A stretch of DNA of 42,007 nucleotides, taken from positions 1 to 42,007 of the forward strand of contig CAKKQX010000158.1 of NCBI GenBank assembly GCA_919902235.1. The letters run 5' to 3'. Position 1 is the stretch's first letter. Each line of letters opens with the position of its first letter. This stretch comes from Burkholderiales bacterium (GTDB lineage: Bacteria; Pseudomonadota; Gammaproteobacteria; Burkholderiales; SG8-41). Under the pieces are notes generated by a model. It had not been told where the DNA came from. It did not search any database and worked only from the letters and a program-made list of their open reading frames with translations. Shown one piece after another: positions 38,068 through 42,007 of the stretch. Both the position numbers and the translations under genes were made by a program.

Positions 38068-40749
38068 TTACGCGGTTGCTGGATTGGGTTTTTCCGGATC
38101 GATGCCGTATTTGCGGATCGCTTCGGCAACTTTCGCGCGCGGCAGCGCTTCCTGGTCGGCAAGCGCTTTCATCGCCGCGACCGCGACGTAGTAGCGGTCG
38201 ACCTCGAAGAACTTGCGCAGCTGCCGGCGCGTGTCGGAGCGGCCAAAACCGTCGGTGCCGAGCACCAGGTAATTATGCGTCGGCAGGAAGGCGCGGATCT
38301 GTTCGGCAAAGATCTTCATGTAATCGGTCGCCGCCACCACCGGGCCCGGACGGTCCCTGAGGCATTGTTCGACATAGCTGCGTCTCGGTTCAGCTTCGGG
38401 ATGCAGCATGTTCCAGCGCTGCGCCTCCAGTCCATCGCGGCGCAGCTCGTTGAAGCTGGTAACGCTCCAGATGTCGGCGGCGATGCCGAAGTCCTTCTGC
38501 AGCATCTCGGCTCCGGCAATCACCTCGCGCAGTATCGTGCCGCTGCCCAGCAGCTGCACCCGGGGCTGGTTTTTCTTCGCCTTGCCTTCGCCGAACAGAT
38601 ACATCCCCCTGAGTATGCCTTTCTCGACCCCCTCCGGCATCGCCGGATGCGGGTAGTTCTCGTTCATCACGGTGATGTAGTAATAGACGTCTTCCTGCTC
38701 CTGGTACATGCGGCGCAGTCCGTCCTGGATGATCACCGCCAGTTCGTAAGCAAAGGTTGGATCATAGGAAATGCAGTTGGGAATGGTCGAAGCCAGCACA
38801 TGGCTGTGGCCGTCCTCGTGCTGCAGGCCCTCGCCGTTCAAGGTAGTGCGCCCGGCGGTGCCGCCGAGCAGGAAGCCGCGCGCGCGCATGTCGCCGGCCG
38901 CCCACGCCAGATCGCCGATGCGCTGAAAACCGAACATCGAATAAAAAATATAGAACGGGATCATCGGCACGCCGTTGCTGCTGTAGGACGTGGCGGCGGC
39001 GATCCACGACGACATCGCACCGGGTTCGTTGATACCCTCCTGCAGAACCTGACCTTTTTGATCTTCCTTGTAGAACATCAGCTGGTCGGCATCCTGCGGC
39101 GTGTAGAGCTGACCGACGTGGGAATAGATGCCGAGTTGGCGGAACATGCCCTCCATGCCGAAAGTGCGCGATTCGTCAGGCACGATGGGCACCACGAATT
39201 TGCCGAGCTTCTTGTCGCGGATGATGGTGTTGAGTATGCGCACGAACGCCATGGTGGTCGAGATCTCGCGCTCCTCGGTGCTCTTCAACTGCGCCTCGAA
39301 TGCCGACAGTGGCGGCACCTCGAGCGGCGTTGCTTTGCGCCTGCGCACCGGTAGCGATCCGCCCATCGCCTGCATGCGTTCGTGCAGGTACTTCATTTCC
39401 GGCGCATCCTCGGGCGGGCGGTAGAACGGCACTTCCCCGAGCTTGTCGTCGGGGATCGGCAGGTTGAAGCGGTCGCGGAAGGCCTTAATTGACGCCGTGC
39501 CCATTTTCTTCTGCTGGTGGGTGATGTTCTGGCCTTCACCCGCTTCGCCCATGCCGTAGCCTTTAACGGTCTTGGCCAGAATCACCGTGGGCTGGCCCTT
39601 GTGTTGCATCGCCGCCGCGTAGGCCGCGTAAATCTTGTGCGGATCGTGGCCGCCGCGGTTCAGGCGCCAGATGTCGTCGTCAGACATGCTGGAAACCATG
39701 TCCAGCAGCTCGGGATACTTGCCGAAAAAGTGCTTGCGCACGAAGGCGCCATCGTGGGCCTTGAAAGCCTGGTATTCGCCGTCGACCGCCTCTTCCATGC
39801 GTTTGAGCAATAATCCGGACTTGTCGCGCATGAACAGTGGATCCCAGTACGAGCCCCAGATCACCTTGATCACGTTCCAGCCGGCGCCACGGAAATCGCC
39901 TTCGAGTTCCTGGATGATCTTGCCGTTGCCACGCACCGGGCCGTCGAGGCGCTGCAGATTGCAATTAATGACGAAAATCAGGTTGTCCAGCTTCTCACGC
40001 CCGGCGAGAGAAATGGCGCCCAGCGATTCGGGTTCGTCCATCTCGCCATCGCCCATAAACGCCCAGACCTTGCGCCCCTGGGCCTCGACAATGCCGCGGT
40101 CCTTCAGATAGCGCATGAAGCGCGCCTGATAAATCGCCATCAACGGACCCAGGCCCATCGATACTGTCGGGAACTGCCAGAAATCCGGCATCAACCAGGG
40201 GTGCGGATACGACGAAAGCCCCTTGCCGTCCACTTCCTGGCGGAAGTGATTGAGCTGATCTTCGGTGATGCGGCCCTCAAGGTAGGCGCGGGCATACACA
40301 CCCGGCGCGGAATGACCCTGTATATAGACCAGATCACCGGCAAAATTCTCGTTTGTGGCGCGAAAGAAATGATTAAAGCCGACGTCATACAAGGTGGCCG
40401 CCGAAGCGAAGCTTGCAATGTGGCCGCCCAGTTCCGAGGACTCCTTGTTGGCACGCACCACCGTCGCCATCGCATTCCAGCGCACCAGCGAACGCAATTT
40501 GTGTTCGAGTTCCGCATCCCCCGGCGAGCGCTGCTCGCGGGAGGGCGGAATAGTGTTGATATATGCCGTATTGGCGTTGTATGGGATGTAGGCGCCGGAG
40601 CGGCGTGCCTTGTTAACGAGCTGTTCGAGCAGGAAATGCGCTCGATCCGGCCCTTCTTGCTCGAGTACCGATTCCAGCGCGTCCAGCCATTCCCGTGTTT
40701 CCTGCGGATCAGCGTCAGGAAGGATGTCTTTCATATCCATTACGGCCAC
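38068..40749 (-). CDS. aceE: Pyruvate dehydrogenase E1 component (homodimeric type)
   Basis: 893 aa with full-length AceE-like sequence ([12 protein letters not shown]..., [14 protein letters not shown]...). Confidence 0.95.
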   Translation of the reverse strand: MAVMDMKDILPDADPQETREWLDALESVLEQEGPDRAHFLLEQLVNKARRSGAYIPYNANTAYINTIPPSREQRSPGDAELEHKLRSLVRWNAMATVVRANKESSELGGHIASFASAATLYDVGFNHFFRATNENFAGDLVYIQGHSAPGVYARAYLEGRITEDQLNHFRQEVDGKGLSSYPHPWLMPDFWQFPTVSMGLGPLMAIYQARFMRYLKDRGIVEAQGRKVWAFMGDGEMDEPESLGAISLAGREKLDNLIFVINCNLQRLDGPVRGNGKIIQELEGDFRGAGWNVIKVIWGSYWDPLFMRDKSGLLLKRMEEAVDGEYQAFKAHDGAFVRKHFFGKYPELLDMVSSMSDDDIWRLNRGGHDPHKIYAAYAAAMQHKGQPTVILAKTVKGYGMGEAGEGQNITHQQKKMGTASIKAFRDRFNLPIPDDKLGEVPFYRPPEDAPEMKYLHERMQAMGGSLPVRRRKATPLEVPPLSAFEAQLKSTEEREISTTMAFVRILNTIIRDKKLGKFVVPIVPDESRTFGMEGMFRQLGIYSHVGQLYTPQDADQLMFYKEDQKGQVLQEGINEPGAMSSWIAAATSYSSNGVPMIPFYIFYSMFGFQRIGDLAWAAGDMRARGFLLGGTAGRTTLNGEGLQHEDGHSHVLASTIPNCISYDPTFAYELAVIIQDGLRRMYQEQEDVYYYITVMNENYPHPAMPEGVEKGILRGMYLFGEGKAKKNQPRVQLLGSGTILREVIAGAEMLQKDFGIAADIWSVTSFNELRRDGLEAQRWNMLHPEAEPRRSYVEQCLRDRPGPVVAATDYMKIFAEQIRAFLPTHNYLVLGTDGFGRSDTRRQLRKFFEVDRYYVAVAAMKALADQEALPRAKVAEAIRKYGIDPEKPNPATA

Positions 40750-40811
40750 CTTTTTGGGGTTTTTTCTTGGCAGTCGGGTACTTGTGGCACCGACGGCCGG
40801 GGGAGACTGGG

Positions 40812-40820
40812 ATTATAACA
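40812..40820 (-). promoter_or_regulatory. Possible extended -10 element (TGTTATAAT) upstream of aceE
   Basis: The minus strand reads TGtTATAAT about 60 nt upstream of the aceE ATG. No good -35 hexamer. Confidence 0.3.
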
Positions 40821-40912
40821 TCGCGGTGTTGTCCTTCGGCCCCCTGACGATATTTCACCGCGCAAACGAAGCCTGCGCGCAGCGTCCTACTCAGCCCGAC
40901 CGGAATGCCCGC

Positions 40913-41698
40913 TTATTTACCCTGGAACTTTGCCGGTCGCTTCTCACAGAACGCACGCATGCCTTCCTCCTGATCCGCGGTCGCAAAGGCAAGTGCAAAC
41001 GCAGCGGTCTCGAGCACGCAGGCATTAGCGATATCCAGATCCTGGCCGCGTTGCGCCGCCTGTTTCGCAAGACGCACCGCTACGGGTCCCTTTCCCGCGA
41101 TCGTGCGTGCCATGTCCAGCCCCCGCTCCATGAGCACAGCAGCAGCATGGACGTGATTGACGAGGCCGATGCGCAGCGCTTCCTCGGCCTTGACCTGGCG
41201 CGCGGTGGTCAACAACTCCAGCGCCATCGCACGCCCCACCAGCCGGGTCAGGCGTTGGGTGCCGCCGAAACCGGGCGGAATGCCGAGGTTGACTTCCGGC
41301 TGACCGAACACGGCGTTTTCCGCCGCGAGTATCCAGTCGCAGCTCATGGCCAGTTCGCAGCCGCCGCCCAGCGCATAGCCGTTTACCAGCGCGATCACCG
41401 GAACCGGCAGTGCCTCCAGCGCGTGCATGACTCGCATGCCCTTGGCGGAGAATGCACGTGCTTCTTCCGTCGAATAATCCCGCATCTCGCCGATATCGGC
41501 GCCGGCGACAAAAGCCTTGTCACCCGCTCCGGTGACGAGCAATACGCGCGCCGCCGGTTCCGTCGCGATCAGCGCGGCCGCTTGCGCCAGTTCGTCCAGC
41601 ATCGCCGAATTAAGCGCGTTCAGGGCCTGCGGTCGGTTGAGCGTGAGCAGATAGATGCCGGCTTCGGGTTGCTCGAGAAGAATGGTCTGAAAATTCAT
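40913..41698 (-). CDS. Enoyl-CoA hydratase/isomerase (crotonase) family protein
   Basis: [29 protein letters not shown]...AGADI...GGGCELAM is the classic crotonase fold signature. The ATG at 41698 has AGGA upstream. An in-frame TTG at 41722 is an alternative. Confidence 0.85.
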   Translation of the reverse strand: MNFQTILLEQPEAGIYLLTLNRPQALNALNSAMLDELAQAAALIATEPAARVLLVTGAGDKAFVAGADIGEMRDYSTEEARAFSAKGMRVMHALEALPVPVIALVNGYALGGGCELAMSCDWILAAENAVFGQPEVNLGIPPGFGGTQRLTRLVGRAMALELLTTARQVKAEEALRIGLVNHVHAAAVLMERGLDMARTIAGKGPVAVRLAKQAAQRGQDLDIANACVLETAAFALAFATADQEEGMRAFCEKRPAKFQGK

Positions 41699-41762
41699 GT
41701 CAAAATCCTGTTCAGCCGCCAAAAAACACCGGCATACCCGGATTATCCGCCAAGCGGACGGT

Positions 41763-42007
41763 TCAGCGGCGCTTGGCGCCGGTTTGCACTTTTACGTACG
41801 CCCCCGGGGCGTCCTCGATGGCCTTGAGTTTGCCTTTGCCCGGAGTTCTGGCGTCGACTTTGCCGCCACCATGTTTCGCCGCCCACTGTGCCCAGTCAGT
41901 CCACCATGATCCAGCATGCTGTTGGGCATTTTTCAGCCAATCGTCGGGGCTTGCCGCAAGTTTTTCGTTGACCCTCCGGGGGGTGGCTGGTAGCCTAAAT
42001 GCGCTTG
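41763..42007 (-). CDS. phaC: Class I poly(3-hydroxyalkanoate) synthase, C-terminal fragment (5' end outside the window)
   Basis: Hand translation of the minus strand gives ...SPDDWLKNAQQHAGSWWTDWAQWAAKHGGGKVDARTPGKGKLKAIEDAPGAYVKVQTGAKRR*. This matches the remembered PhaC C-terminus (...HHGSWWPDWTAWL...YRAIEPAPGRYVKAKA). The frame stays open to the window edge. Confidence 0.7.
   Translation of the reverse strand, partial: SAFRLPATPRRVNEKLAASPDDWLKNAQQHAGSWWTDWAQWAAKHGGGKVDARTPGKGKLKAIEDAPGAYVKVQTGAKRR

Overview
GC-rich (about 60% by eye) chromosomal segment. Gene content and synteny look betaproteobacterial: rpe-gph-trpE, miaB-ybeZ-ybeY-corC-lnt, glyQ-glyS-gmhB-plsC, lptM-like-lysA, pilT-pilU divergent from yggS-proC-yggT-yggU, nadD-rsfS-rlmH-maf-rng, aceE-aceF, and the 3' end of phaC. 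Nearly all of it is densely packed housekeeping DNA. There is one tRNA (anticodon CAT). I saw no rRNA, CRISPR array, transposase, integrase or recognisable multi-gene defence locus. The many long ORFs antisense to real genes are GC-driven artefacts. I found no convincing large novel system. The leads below come from reading the sequence and from remembered family motifs, not from database searches. (1) An ORF6N-domain gene at the left edge has three related TCAC-N5-GTGA palindromes: one inside the CDS and two in apparent decayed gene fragments upstream. (2) A 24-codon leader ORF with three Trp codons lies upstream of trpE. (3) An unannotated 20-codon Lys/Ala-rich micro-ORF has its own promoter-like signal, a structured leader, a strong SD and a strong terminator. 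(4) A four-gene minus-strand module encodes TauE/SafE permease, a glutathione-reductase-like flavoprotein, an ECF sigma factor and an anti-sigma factor. (5) A MITE-like element with 28-bp inverted repeats sits between yggS and proC. (6) A short relic resembling a fumarylacetoacetate-hydrolase N-terminus lies next to the tRNA. (7) The PDH operon has no adjacent E3 gene.
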